Under the pieces are notes generated by a model, which saw only the letters and a program-made list of their open reading frames with translations, was not told the origin of the DNA and did not search any database. A DNA stretch of 64,000 bases from Candidatus Micrarchaeota archaeon (GTDB taxonomy: Archaea > Micrarchaeota > Micrarchaeia > Anstonellales > Bilamarchaeaceae). Where the stretch lies: NCBI GenBank assembly GCA_040753215.1, contig JBFMEZ010000025.1:64001-128000 (forward strand), given 5' to 3'. Every line of letters begins with the position of its first letter. The stretch's first letter is position 1. Below are positions 28,708 through 37,249 of this stretch, piece after piece. Made by a program: the position numbers and the translations under genes.

Positions 28708-28723
28708 CTGTAATACCTCTATA

Positions 28724-28741
28724 ATGTAACCATGGTTACAT
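28724..28741. promoter_or_regulatory. Perfect palindrome ATGTAACCATGGTTACAT, copy 3
   Basis: 18-bp palindrome 16 nt upstream of the thrS ATG. Confidence 0.7.
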
Positions 28742-28742
28742 G

Positions 28743-28800
28743 CCAGTTTTCAGCTTCCGGTCTCCAGTTTCCAGAACGGGAAACCCGAAACAGGAAACCA
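28743..28800. repeat. Inverted heptamer arrays after the secD stop (hairpin-forming)
   Basis: GTTTCCR-type units followed by YGGAAAC-type units. Confidence 0.7.
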
Positions 28801-30447
28801 TCAATCCCCAACCCCCTCTATAATAGCGGCATAAGCCGGCCTGGATATCAGCAATCCAAGCAGCGCACCCAGTATTGTCGAAATCGCGAACCCGATAATC
28901 TCCACCATTCCGGAGAAAAGCAAAGGAACCATCGCAAACACAGCCACCGTAACCGTAGTCGTCACAATCTCGAACGCCTTCGCCAGCTTCTCCTCCCTCG
29001 TCCCTTCCTTCTTCAGCAGCTCATCCGTAATCACGATCTGCGAGTCCACTCCCACCCCAATCGCCGCAATAATCCCCGCCATCCCGGCCAGATCAATAGT
29101 GAAAGACCCTATCACCGAAAGAAGTATCACCATCTCAGAGACGCTTATCGCAATAATGGGCAGGAGTATGCTCACCTTCCTGTACCTCAGCGAAACAAGG
29201 ATGGAGATAGCCACAAGCGCCAGCCCGAGCCCTATTATGCTCAGCCTCAGGAACTCTTCTCCCAAAGGTGCGGGAACCACGGTCTTGGAACCGATGGAAA
29301 TCTGCACAGGAAGCGCCCCGCCCTTCAGGATGGATTCTATCTTCCTCTCGCTCTCATAAGCATTCCTTGTCTTGTCCGCTCCCGTCCCCTGCGCAGCCCC
29401 GCCTATCTGGAACCCATAATTAGGTATCCCCGTAGTAATAGAAGGCGAAAGCCGCGGCGATGAAAGCAGCCCGACCGCCTTCCACTCATCCACCGTAGTC
29501 CCCTGCACATCCTCCGAATACTGGAATTTTGGGGAAATCTCCCCATCCTCCACAACACTTAGCACGAACCCCTTCGCTTCCAGCTGGCTTCCAATCTCCC
29601 CAGCCAGCGAGCTTGAAACAATCGCCTTCGTCCTGTTTGTTTTCGGCGTAAGGTTTCCCAAACCCCCATCATAAACATACAGCCCAATATCATTCCCATC
29701 CAGCCGCAGCGCCTCCTCCATCGCGGATAGAATCCCCTCCCTGTCCGCAACCTGCGCATTCCTGCCCAGCTCTTCCCATGCAGCCACCACAACCGCATCG
29801 TTCGGCCTGTCCAGGAACATGTATATGGGATAATTCCCCTTTCCCTTCACCGCTTCCGCAAAATGCTCCGCCCCCTCCCTGTTCACCGAGAACGCGACCC
29901 CCCAGTCCTCCCCCCTTAGCGCTGAAGGCGGCACCCTGTAAATAGTTCCCGGGAGTATATACTCCCCCCTCATCGCCTCCTTCCCGTCCACAACCCCGGT
30001 ATACACCCCCTGGTGGGCAAGCACGTCCTCAACTGATTTTATGAAACCCGGGTCCGAGCTCGGCACCTCCACGTTTATCTGCGATTCACCGACCGCCCTC
30101 ACCTTCACTTCCGTAAGCCCAAACGCGGATGCCCTTTTCTTTATCGTATTCACCATCTCGTCCATAAGGCTCGATGGCACAGGCTGCTCCAGTATTACCG
30201 GAATCCTCGTCCCCCCGCTGAAATCTATCCCGAACTTCAGCCCGTGCAGCCCCATGTTGAAAAGCGCAAGGAGTATTATCGCCCCCAGCCCCATCATCTT
30301 CAGCTCTTTCCCGTGCCAGAAGTGCGTGAGTGCCCCGAACACGATTAGCGCGAGCATGAGGAAAAGTCCGGAGAAAACCGGATAGAGATAAATGGCAGCA
30401 GCGAAAAGGAGGACAAGCGCAGCCAGCACTTTCTTTGCGTCTATCAT
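28801..30447 (-). CDS. secD: Protein translocase subunit SecD (archaeal)
   Basis: FGIDFSGG, LKGGALPV and GVGVDSQIVITDE motifs; start MIDAKK. Confidence 0.92.
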   Translation of the reverse strand: MIDAKKVLAALVLLFAAAIYLYPVFSGLFLMLALIVFGALTHFWHGKELKMMGLGAIILLALFNMGLHGLKFGIDFSGGTRIPVILEQPVPSSLMDEMVNTIKKRASAFGLTEVKVRAVGESQINVEVPSSDPGFIKSVEDVLAHQGVYTGVVDGKEAMRGEYILPGTIYRVPPSALRGEDWGVAFSVNREGAEHFAEAVKGKGNYPIYMFLDRPNDAVVVAAWEELGRNAQVADREGILSAMEEALRLDGNDIGLYVYDGGLGNLTPKTNRTKAIVSSSLAGEIGSQLEAKGFVLSVVEDGEISPKFQYSEDVQGTTVDEWKAVGLLSSPRLSPSITTGIPNYGFQIGGAAQGTGADKTRNAYESERKIESILKGGALPVQISIGSKTVVPAPLGEEFLRLSIIGLGLALVAISILVSLRYRKVSILLPIIAISVSEMVILLSVIGSFTIDLAGMAGIIAAIGVGVDSQIVITDELLKKEGTREEKLAKAFEIVTTTVTVAVFAMVPLLFSGMVEIIGFAISTILGALLGLLISRPAYAAIIEGVGD

Positions 30448-30494
30448 TTTTTCTCCCCACCCATGTGCTCCTTGTAATACAACACCATCACCGC
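30444..30494 (-). repeat. Displaced duplicate of the secF 3' end
   Basis: AVMVLYYKEHMGGEKK* versus SecF AVMVLWYKEHAAKVGG*; its stop overlaps the secD ATG (ATGA). Confidence 0.9.
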
Positions 30495-30583
30495 TCTCCT
30501 TTTTTCTCGCTCCAGCTCGCCAGTGGCTCGCTTCCGCTCTGTGCGGCAAATAGGCAAAAAGGAGACCAAAAACCCCAGACTAT
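30495..30583 (-). mobile_element. Type-B hairpin element
   Basis: CTCCTTTTT...AAAAAGGAG stem plus CCAAAAACC; related to 33651-33811 and 41361-41442. Confidence 0.75.
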
Positions 30584-31678
30584 TCATCCGCCCACCTTCG
30601 CCGCATGCTCCTTATACCACAACACCATCACCGCATTTAATCCCCAGGTCGCAAACACGTCCCCAACCAGCCCCGCGAGCGCAACCGCCGAAATCTCATA
30701 ATAAACCGCTATGTGCGTAATCACCGAGACCGCAAACAGCACCAGGAAGGCAACCATCGCCGAGAAGCTCATCGTCATCCCGGTCTTCATCGCATCAAAC
30801 GCGTTCTCCCTCGGGTCGCCCCTCCTCTTCACCAGCCGCGTGGTCAGCAGCACATCCGTGTCCAGCGAGAACCCGACAAGCATCAGCAATGCCGCAAACG
30901 AAGGCAATGTAAGCGGTATTCCGAAAATGCTCATCGCGCCCAGCGCTATTACCACATCGCTCGCAGCGCCCGTAAGCACCGCAAGGCTCGGCACGAGCGT
31001 CCTGAAGAAAAAGAACACCAGGATAGTGCTGAGTATTGCGGAGAAAACAACAACATTGAACGCCTGCTCGAGGAAGTGCGTGCTAAGCGCCGGGCTCACG
31101 GTCACCGCCGACCTGCTCGTGTATTCCACGCCCCTGTCCACAACCCCCATCACCTGCTCCATCTGCAGGTCGCTCATCCTCATGTAGGCCTCGTTGAATG
31201 CGCCCCTGAGCGCATTCAGGTTGGTGTAAAGCCTCGCCTCTGTATTCGACCCCGCGAGCTCAAACATCCTGTCCGCAATCCCATCCAGCTTCTCCCTCTC
31301 CGCCTCATACTCCGCCTGCACCGATGCGTTCTGGTTCGCCTCCGCCTCCAGCCGCGCCACCTTATCCAGCTGCGTGCCGAACTCCGCCTTCAGGTCGTCC
31401 GCCTCATACATCTGCTCGGTCTGCGACACCTCTATCTCCATCTTCCTCCCCAGCTCGCTCTCGTACATCTTCACGTTCGCATCAAAGCCGGCAGCCCTCA
31501 GGTCCTCCTGCAGTGCGGCCGCATCCGGCTGGTTCGTCACTTCTAAAGTTATGAGCGTCCCCCCCCTGAAATCCACGCCCAGCTTCAGGTTGGGCAGGTA
31601 GTATATGGATAAGATTATGAGTATGAGCGGGAATATGAGCAACAGCCGGTAATCTCCCTTATATATATTAGGAATCAT
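30584..31678 (-). CDS. secF: Protein translocase subunit SecF (archaeal)
   Basis: LGVDFRGG and GFSLDTDVLLTTR motifs; TM pattern. Confidence 0.92.
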   Translation of the reverse strand: MIPNIYKGDYRLLLIFPLILIILSIYYLPNLKLGVDFRGGTLITLEVTNQPDAAALQEDLRAAGFDANVKMYESELGRKMEIEVSQTEQMYEADDLKAEFGTQLDKVARLEAEANQNASVQAEYEAEREKLDGIADRMFELAGSNTEARLYTNLNALRGAFNEAYMRMSDLQMEQVMGVVDRGVEYTSRSAVTVSPALSTHFLEQAFNVVVFSAILSTILVFFFFRTLVPSLAVLTGAASDVVIALGAMSIFGIPLTLPSFAALLMLVGFSLDTDVLLTTRLVKRRGDPRENAFDAMKTGMTMSFSAMVAFLVLFAVSVITHIAVYYEISAVALAGLVGDVFATWGLNAVMVLWYKEHAAKVGG

Positions 31679-31715
31679 CTTATACCCCAAAAACCTGTCT
31701 GTATTATCCGATAAT

Positions 31716-31755
31716 GTTTATAAAATACCGACTTTGTTTATAAAATACCGACTTT
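31716..31755. repeat. Exact 20-bp tandem duplication in the secF promoter region
   Basis: GTTTATAAAATACCGACTTT twice. Confidence 0.9.
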
Positions 31756-31817
31756 CAGCATCTCCTTCTCCGTCCTATGCGCGGGTTTTTAAAAACGAAT
31801 CATTATAATAAATAGTT

Positions 31818-32891
31818 ATGCATGGTTCTATCACAGCCAGCGCCAGAGTGGTGCCTTCCCGCAATAGGAGCCTTCGCGGCAGGCCTCCGCTTGAAAATGT
31901 GGTCGCCGCGATCCTAAAGCCGGCGGGCCGCACGAAAGAAGAGGTGGCTTCCGCAGAGCAGGAGCTAGTCCAGAGGCGGGATTCCGGCAATTTGGGTAAA
32001 ATCCGGCTTTGCTTGGCAATAAGGGCGATGGGGGCTGAGCCCTGCGACGCAAAGAAGGGACGCCTCGGCACCATTGTCCCGGATCACCTCCCGGACAGGA
32101 CATTTGCAGAAGCTTGGGAGATGGTCCTCAAAAATATCCGCCTCATCGGGAAGTTTCTCTCCAGAATTCAAAATTTGCTAAAGAAATGCAACATCCCTGA
32201 AAAAGACGCCGAGCAGATACTCACCGAAAACATGTTCTGGGCCGCGCTTTTCCACGACGGCTCGAGAGCCGCATTCTCCACATACGCCATGGAATGGTTC
32301 AAGAGGGGCCGCACGGGAATCGTTGCAGAAGCAGGCCTCATCACATTCCCGCACCACATAGTCACAGAGATGATAATGTTGGAGCGGTTCCGCGACAGGC
32401 ACCCCCTCATGCCAGCGCACAGGATTGCAGATTGCCTGGATATGGCTCCTGTGCGCGTAGAGAGGCTTATGCGCCTCCGCGGGCTCCGCGAATCATCCAT
32501 ACGCCCCTTAAATGCAGATACGCTTTTCAATTCCGACACCCCTACCTTCAGGATGCACGAAACCCCGGACGAAACCCGCGGGGTGGTGCCCATAACGAGC
32601 TTCCCGCATGATGTGGTCGAGAAGATGAGGCCGCACCAGGAAGACGCTATCCTCAGGGAACAGCTCGACCAGAGCATGCGCAACGCCCTGCTGGTCCTGA
32701 CTCCAAGGGAATCGCGGGTCCTGAAGATGCGCTTTGGGTTTGGAACGGGGGAAGGTGACACCTTCGAAGAAGCCGCCCGAAAGATGAACGTAACCAGGGA
32801 ACGCATCCGCCAGATAGAAGCCAAGGCGCTGCGCAAGCTGTGGCACCCATCGCGCAGGTCTTTGCACCATTTCTTAGAGGATGATGATTAA
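31818..32891 (+). CDS. Sigma-70 (RpoD-like) family protein, regions 2-4
   Basis: KNIRLI (2.1), FSTYAMEWFKR (2.3/2.4), LTPRESRVLKMRFG..VTRERIRQIEAKALRKL (4). Confidence 0.88.
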   Translation: MHGSITASARVVPSRNRSLRGRPPLENVVAAILKPAGRTKEEVASAEQELVQRRDSGNLGKIRLCLAIRAMGAEPCDAKKGRLGTIVPDHLPDRTFAEAWEMVLKNIRLIGKFLSRIQNLLKKCNIPEKDAEQILTENMFWAALFHDGSRAAFSTYAMEWFKRGRTGIVAEAGLITFPHHIVTEMIMLERFRDRHPLMPAHRIADCLDMAPVRVERLMRLRGLRESSIRPLNADTLFNSDTPTFRMHETPDETRGVVPITSFPHDVVEKMRPHQEDAILREQLDQSMRNALLVLTPRESRVLKMRFGFGTGEGDTFEEAARKMNVTRERIRQIEAKALRKLWHPSRRSLHHFLEDDD

Positions 32892-32946
32892 TCCTGCTTA
32901 TTATGCAGGCAGGTAAATTGGCAGACAGCATACTGCTGACAGCAAA

Positions 32947-32969
32947 TGCGGCCGCCGGGATTCGAACCC
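32947..32969 (-). repeat. Duplicate of the tRNA-Gly(TCC) 3' end (att-like)
   Basis: 23 bp identical to 33580-33602. Confidence 0.92.
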
Positions 32970-33068
32970 TCCCAAAAACGCGGAGGGGAGCGCCCCTCCC
33001 CATTTTTAGGGTTCATTCTGACCCTCCCCCAACTTCTCTTTGCAACCCTTTGCCAGTACTCCTTACGC
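32970..33068 (-). mobile_element. Type-A hairpin element
   Basis: Hairpin, CTGACCC..ACTTC core and CTCCTTACGC terminus; related to copies at 45678, 46518 and 49080. Confidence 0.8.
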
Positions 33069-33073
33069 AAGGT

Positions 33074-33463
33074 TCAATATGCCTTATCCCAAGGATATGG
33101 AAGCAGCTCCCTGAGTTTGGCTACTTTATTTTTTCCAATAATAACTTCTGTATCCAGGTTTTCTTCACTAATCTGGCTCATGAACTCTCTGCACGCTCCA
33201 CACGGAGGGATAATTCCATATTCCGAAACTGCCACTATTTTCTTTATTTTGTACTCCCCGTTCGTAACCATGGCAGCGATGGCACCCTGTTCTGCACAGA
33301 AACCCATGCCAGAGGCGGTGTCTATACTTACGCCCGAATAAATAGTGCCTTTATTTGAAATTAGCGCACATCCAACATCCCCGATTGTGAATCCGTGTTT
33401 TATCTTTCTCGGCTTCAATATGGATTTGGCCTTCTCAACCAGTTGCTCATCCGTTATTTGCAT
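33074..33463 (-). CDS. cdd: Cytidine deaminase family protein
   Basis: CAEQGA and PCGACRE motifs; AT-rich cargo between the tRNA and its 3' duplicate. Confidence 0.88.
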   Translation of the reverse strand: MQITDEQLVEKAKSILKPRKIKHGFTIGDVGCALISNKGTIYSGVSIDTASGMGFCAEQGAIAAMVTNGEYKIKKIVAVSEYGIIPPCGACREFMSQISEENLDTEVIIGKNKVAKLRELLPYPWDKAY

Positions 33464-33579
33464 GATTATTGCTCTTTCATCAAATTTTAAAGCCTTAATT
33501 CCACCGGTCTTTGACCAGCGGTAGTTCACAAACAAAGCACGGATACCGAAAACCCAAAACGGGAAACAGGAAACTGTTT

Positions 33580-33650
33580 TGCGGCCGCCGGGATTCGAAC
33601 CCGGGTCGTTGGCTTGGAAGGCCAAAATCCTACCGCTAGACTACGGCCGC
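33580..33650 (-). tRNA. tRNA-Gly(TCC)
   Basis: GCGGCCG acceptor stem, anticodon arm TTGGC-CT-TCC-AA-GCCAA, GTTCGAATC T-loop. Confidence 0.96.
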
Positions 33651-33887
33651 TCTCCTTTTTACATCGTGAAGCTCGCCATAGCTCGCTTCACTCTGCCTTT
33701 GGGTTGCCTCGCTCATGCTGCAGCATTCTGCATCGCTGCGGCGATGTCTGGCGAAGTTCTGCGGAACTTCACCATCGCTCGGCGCAAAAAGGAGCCCAAA
33801 AACCTCAAGCTCCTTTACCTCATTTCTCTCTACGTTTCTGACCCCCTCCCACTTCACTTTGCAACTCTTTGAACGTACTCCTTACGC
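33651..33887 (-). mobile_element. Composite of type-B element, hairpin modules and partial type-A element abutting tRNA-Gly +1
   Basis: Type B at 33651-33811 with modules at 33731-33774; type-A portion at 33836-33887. Confidence 0.75.
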
Positions 33888-33939
33888 GTGGGGTTCAGTA
33901 TTTATATTATGGCAAGAGAAGAAAATTAAAAGACCGCGC

Positions 33940-35256
33940 TCAGAGCACGGGCAGATACTCCTTAACTTCCCACGGCGTGACCTGCGTCCTGTACGCGTCC
34001 CAGTGCATCCTCTGGGCATCCAGCAGATTGGAATAGATATGCTCCCCCAGCGTCTCCCTGATTAAGGAATCCTTCTCCATCTCCTCCATCGCCTCCCCCA
34101 GGGACCCCGGCAGCGTCTTCAGCCCTTTCGAATGCTCCTCTTCGTACACATCCTCCTCAACCGGCTCCGGCGGCTCCATCTTCTTCTCTATTCCATCCAG
34201 CCCCGCAGCAAGCATCACCGCAAAAGCCAGATAAGGATTGCAGGAGGGGTCCGGGCACCGAAGCTCGCACCTCGCAGCCCCGCCCCTCCCCTTCTGGTGC
34301 CTAGGAACCCTTATGAGCGCAGAGCGGTTCACCTGCCCCCAGCATATGTACACCGGCGCCTCATACCCCGGAACAAGCCTCTTATACGAATTCACCGTTG
34401 GCGCAACCACCCCTGCGAATCCCCTCGCATGCGCCAGCTGCCCTGCAATGAAATTCCTCGCAGCATCCGAAATCCCGAACCTCCCTCCCCCATCCGCAAA
34501 CGCATTCCCCCCGTCCTTCCACAGGCTCTGGTGTACATGCATCCCGCTCCCGTTAATCCCAAACACAGGCTTAGGCATGAAGGACGCAAAAAGCCCGTAT
34601 TTCTTGGCTATGATTTTCACCGCATCCTTGTAGGCCATAACAGAATCCGCAACCCCCAGCGCATCCCCATACCTGAAATCTATCTCGTGCTGCCCGGGCG
34701 CGACCTCATGGTGCGACATCTCTATGGAGAGCCCCATCGCCTCAAGCGCAGGCACAAGCTCCCTCCTCATGCCCGCCGCAAGGTCCATCGGGCTCAGGTC
34801 GAAATACGCACCGCTGTCATGCGGCTCCGGGGAAGTGCTAAGCCCATCCTTCCCCTGGAAGAGGAAGAACTCCAGCTCAGGCCCGGTCTTATAAGAATAC
34901 CCCATCCCCTCCGCCTTCTTCAGCACCCTTTTCAGAACCCCCCTCGGGTCCCCCTCAAACGGCTTCTCCTCCGTAGTATACACATCGCACATCACCCTCG
35001 CCACGCTCGGCTCCCACGGGAGCACCGCAAAGGTCCCGGGCTCCGGCTTAAGGAGCATGTCGCTCTCGCAGATCCTCGCAAACCCCTCTATGGAGCTCCC
35101 GTCAAACCACATCCCGCTCTCCAGTGCATCCTCCAGCCGCCCCACGGGAATCTCGCAGTTCTTCGCAGTCCCAAGCACATCCACGAACCTGAGCTGCACG
35201 AACCTCACTCCCTTCTCTTCCGCCTCGGATAGAACTTTTTTTGCCTCCTCTTCCAT
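33940..35256 (-). CDS. glnA: Glutamine synthetase type I
   Basis: FDGSSIEGF, HHEVAPGQHEI, NGSGMHVHQS and NSYKRLVPGYEAP motifs. Confidence 0.96.
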   Translation of the reverse strand: MEEEAKKVLSEAEEKGVRFVQLRFVDVLGTAKNCEIPVGRLEDALESGMWFDGSSIEGFARICESDMLLKPEPGTFAVLPWEPSVARVMCDVYTTEEKPFEGDPRGVLKRVLKKAEGMGYSYKTGPELEFFLFQGKDGLSTSPEPHDSGAYFDLSPMDLAAGMRRELVPALEAMGLSIEMSHHEVAPGQHEIDFRYGDALGVADSVMAYKDAVKIIAKKYGLFASFMPKPVFGINGSGMHVHQSLWKDGGNAFADGGGRFGISDAARNFIAGQLAHARGFAGVVAPTVNSYKRLVPGYEAPVYICWGQVNRSALIRVPRHQKGRGGAARCELRCPDPSCNPYLAFAVMLAAGLDGIEKKMEPPEPVEEDVYEEEHSKGLKTLPGSLGEAMEEMEKDSLIRETLGEHIYSNLLDAQRMHWDAYRTQVTPWEVKEYLPVL

Positions 35257-35434
35257 AAACTCAACCCCCTTCAGTTTCCGGTTCCCTGTTCTCAGTTCCC
35301 CGAATTTGGTTCCAACCTTTGTTTCCGCCCATTTATTACCCTTTCCCGCATTCCGCGATACAAATGCCTTAAATATATTCCTATTCCAATACAAATGCAT
35401 GAAAAAATTCTCAAAATTGATTAAAAATGAACAA

Positions 35435-35878
35435 ATGATGCTCGACCATCTGGACGAGGAGCTCCTGGATGCGCTCTGCCAAAACCCCCGCCGCTCCTCC
35501 CGCGAGCTCGCGAGGGAGCTCAACTCCTCCCCCTCCACAATCCTCAAGCGCCTCTCCTCCCTGGAGAAATCAGGAATAATCCGCGGCTATTCAATAGAGC
35601 GCAACTGGGAATCCCTCGGCTACGATTTCATGGCCCTCATCGAAGTTACCATCCGCAAGGGCGCGCTGCTCGAAGTGCAGAAGAAAATCTCACAGCTCCC
35701 CGGAGTGGTTTCAGTGTACGATGTGACTGGCCAGGCCGATTCCATGGTGCTCGCCCGCTGCAGGAACCGCAGGGAATTCAGCGGGCTCGTGAAGAAGATA
35801 CTCGCCATGGAGCAGGTTGAGCGCACCAACACCCACGTGATTCTCAATACAATAAAAGAGAACTACCGCATGCTCTAG
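35435..35878 (+). CDS. Lrp/AsnC family regulator, divergent from glnA
   Basis: N-terminal HTH, LEKSGIIRGY, YDVTG. Confidence 0.92.
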   Translation: MMLDHLDEELLDALCQNPRRSSRELARELNSSPSTILKRLSSLEKSGIIRGYSIERNWESLGYDFMALIEVTIRKGALLEVQKKISQLPGVVSVYDVTGQADSMVLARCRNRREFSGLVKKILAMEQVERTNTHVILNTIKENYRML

Positions 35879-35912
35879 ATTTCTTTTTATTTCTAACCTC
35901 CCAAATCCCCGC

Positions 35913-36293
35913 ATGGAATCCTTTACAATCCGCACTTCCAGGAAGGTGGAGGTCCTGGACATCACTTCCGAAGTCTCCAAAAGAATGAAGGGCGGTTCCC
36001 TCTGCGTGCTCTTTACCCCGCACACCACCGCCGCGCTGACCGTAAACGAGTTCGAGCCCCTCCTCAAATCCGATTTGGAGAGATTCTACTCCTCCACGAT
36101 ACCGGAGAAAAACTGGAAGCACAACTCCATAGACAACAACGCTGAGGCGCACCTCCTCTCATCCATTATTAAGCCTTCCGTCGCAATCCCAGTAAAAGGC
36201 GGTTCCCTTTCCCTGGGAACATGGCAGAAAATCCTTTTCATAGAGCTGGACGGCCCGCGTACCCGCACCGTCCACATGCAGGTGTTGGAATGA
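35913..36293 (+). CDS. YjbQ/UPF0047 family protein
   Basis: PHTTAALTVNE, NAEAHL and LGTWQ..ELDGPR motifs. Confidence 0.93.
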   Translation: MESFTIRTSRKVEVLDITSEVSKRMKGGSLCVLFTPHTTAALTVNEFEPLLKSDLERFYSSTIPEKNWKHNSIDNNAEAHLLSSIIKPSVAIPVKGGSLSLGTWQKILFIELDGPRTRTVHMQVLE

Positions 36294-36988
36294 GGGCAAA
36301 AGTCCTGTACAACAAAACGAAGGATTGGGCGGTGAAAACCGCGAAGGAGGTTTCGGAATTCCTGAAATCCGCAAAGGTCCAGCAGGTGGAAAAGGGCGCG
36401 GACTTCACCATAGTAATCGGGGGGGACGGCACCATCCTCTATCACAAGAATGAGCTGGAGGGCGCAATCTTCGGGGTTGGGAGCGAGCGCAGCTACGTAT
36501 GCCAGTCAAGGCAGGAGAACTGGAGGGAAAAGCTCCGGTCCTTCCTCAAAAACCCCCGCGCAGAGGAGCGCATCCTCCTCTCTGTTTCCATGGAGGGAAA
36601 GGAAATCGGCTTCGCGATAAACGATGCCGCCTTCCTCTCAAGGGACCACAACATGCTGCACATTTCCATCTCCGTGGATGGGGGTTCCTGCACCTTCCCA
36701 GCGGACGGCCTCATAATCTCAACCCCCACCGGCTCCACCGCCTACTGCTATTCCGCTGGCGGGGTGAAGCTGGATGCGCCCCTTGATGCGGTCGAGCTCG
36801 TCCCCATCGCCCCCTTCAAGCACTGCTTCGACCCGATGGTCGTCTCGGCCCAGCGGGAAATAAGGGTGAGCACCGAAGAGCCCTGCCACCTCCTTATAGA
36901 TGGCCAGCAGCTCATCCAGCTCAAGGAGAAAACCCCGGCCGCTATCCGGAAGCACAAAAGGAAAATCGCATTCGCGGAGGTCCCCTGA
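36290..36988 (+). CDS. nadK: NAD kinase
   Basis: GGDGT, IND and DGLIISTPTGSTAY..SAGG motifs. Confidence 0.92.
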   Translation: MRAKVLYNKTKDWAVKTAKEVSEFLKSAKVQQVEKGADFTIVIGGDGTILYHKNELEGAIFGVGSERSYVCQSRQENWREKLRSFLKNPRAEERILLSVSMEGKEIGFAINDAAFLSRDHNMLHISISVDGGSCTFPADGLIISTPTGSTAYCYSAGGVKLDAPLDAVELVPIAPFKHCFDPMVVSAQREIRVSTEEPCHLLIDGQQLIQLKEKTPAAIRKHKRKIAFAEVP

Positions 36989-37245
36989 TGGGCATGGAAA
37001 TAGTGAAGAAGGGCTACACGGAAGCCCACATCCGCATCGCAGGAATCCTCCAGCTCCACAGGTTCATTGTAGTGAAGGAGAAAACCGCTTTCGGTGAAAT
37101 CCCCGTCTTGGTCCCCGAGAGAAAAATCGCCCTTCCGCTAACCGAGGCCCTCAAGGTGGCGAACGAATCCGGCCTGCCCGCCCGCTCCTCCTCAGGCCTG
37201 GTTTTCCCGCCCGGAAAATTCGCGAAGGATTTCGCCCGGAAGTGA
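36988..37245 (+). CDS. Hypothetical protein
   Basis: 85 aa, translationally coupled within the operon. Confidence 0.7.
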   Translation: MGMEIVKKGYTEAHIRIAGILQLHRFIVVKEKTAFGEIPVLVPERKIALPLTEALKVANESGLPARSSSGLVFPPGKFAKDFARK

Positions 37246-37249
37246 TCCC

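Noticed and set aside
30448..30549. N-terminal extension of SecD in the ORF track
   Set aside because: It is the type-B element and old secF end read in another frame; the natural start is ATG 30447.
32947..33068. Split tRNA half or complete tRNA
   Set aside because: The fragment starts in the T-stem, lacks anticodon and D arms and any BHB leader; the full tRNA-Gly is about 600 bp away.
35057..35547. Long N-terminal extensions of GlnA and Lrp
   Set aside because: They overlap each other and the shared AT-rich divergent promoter; homology begins at MEEEAKK and MMLDHLD.
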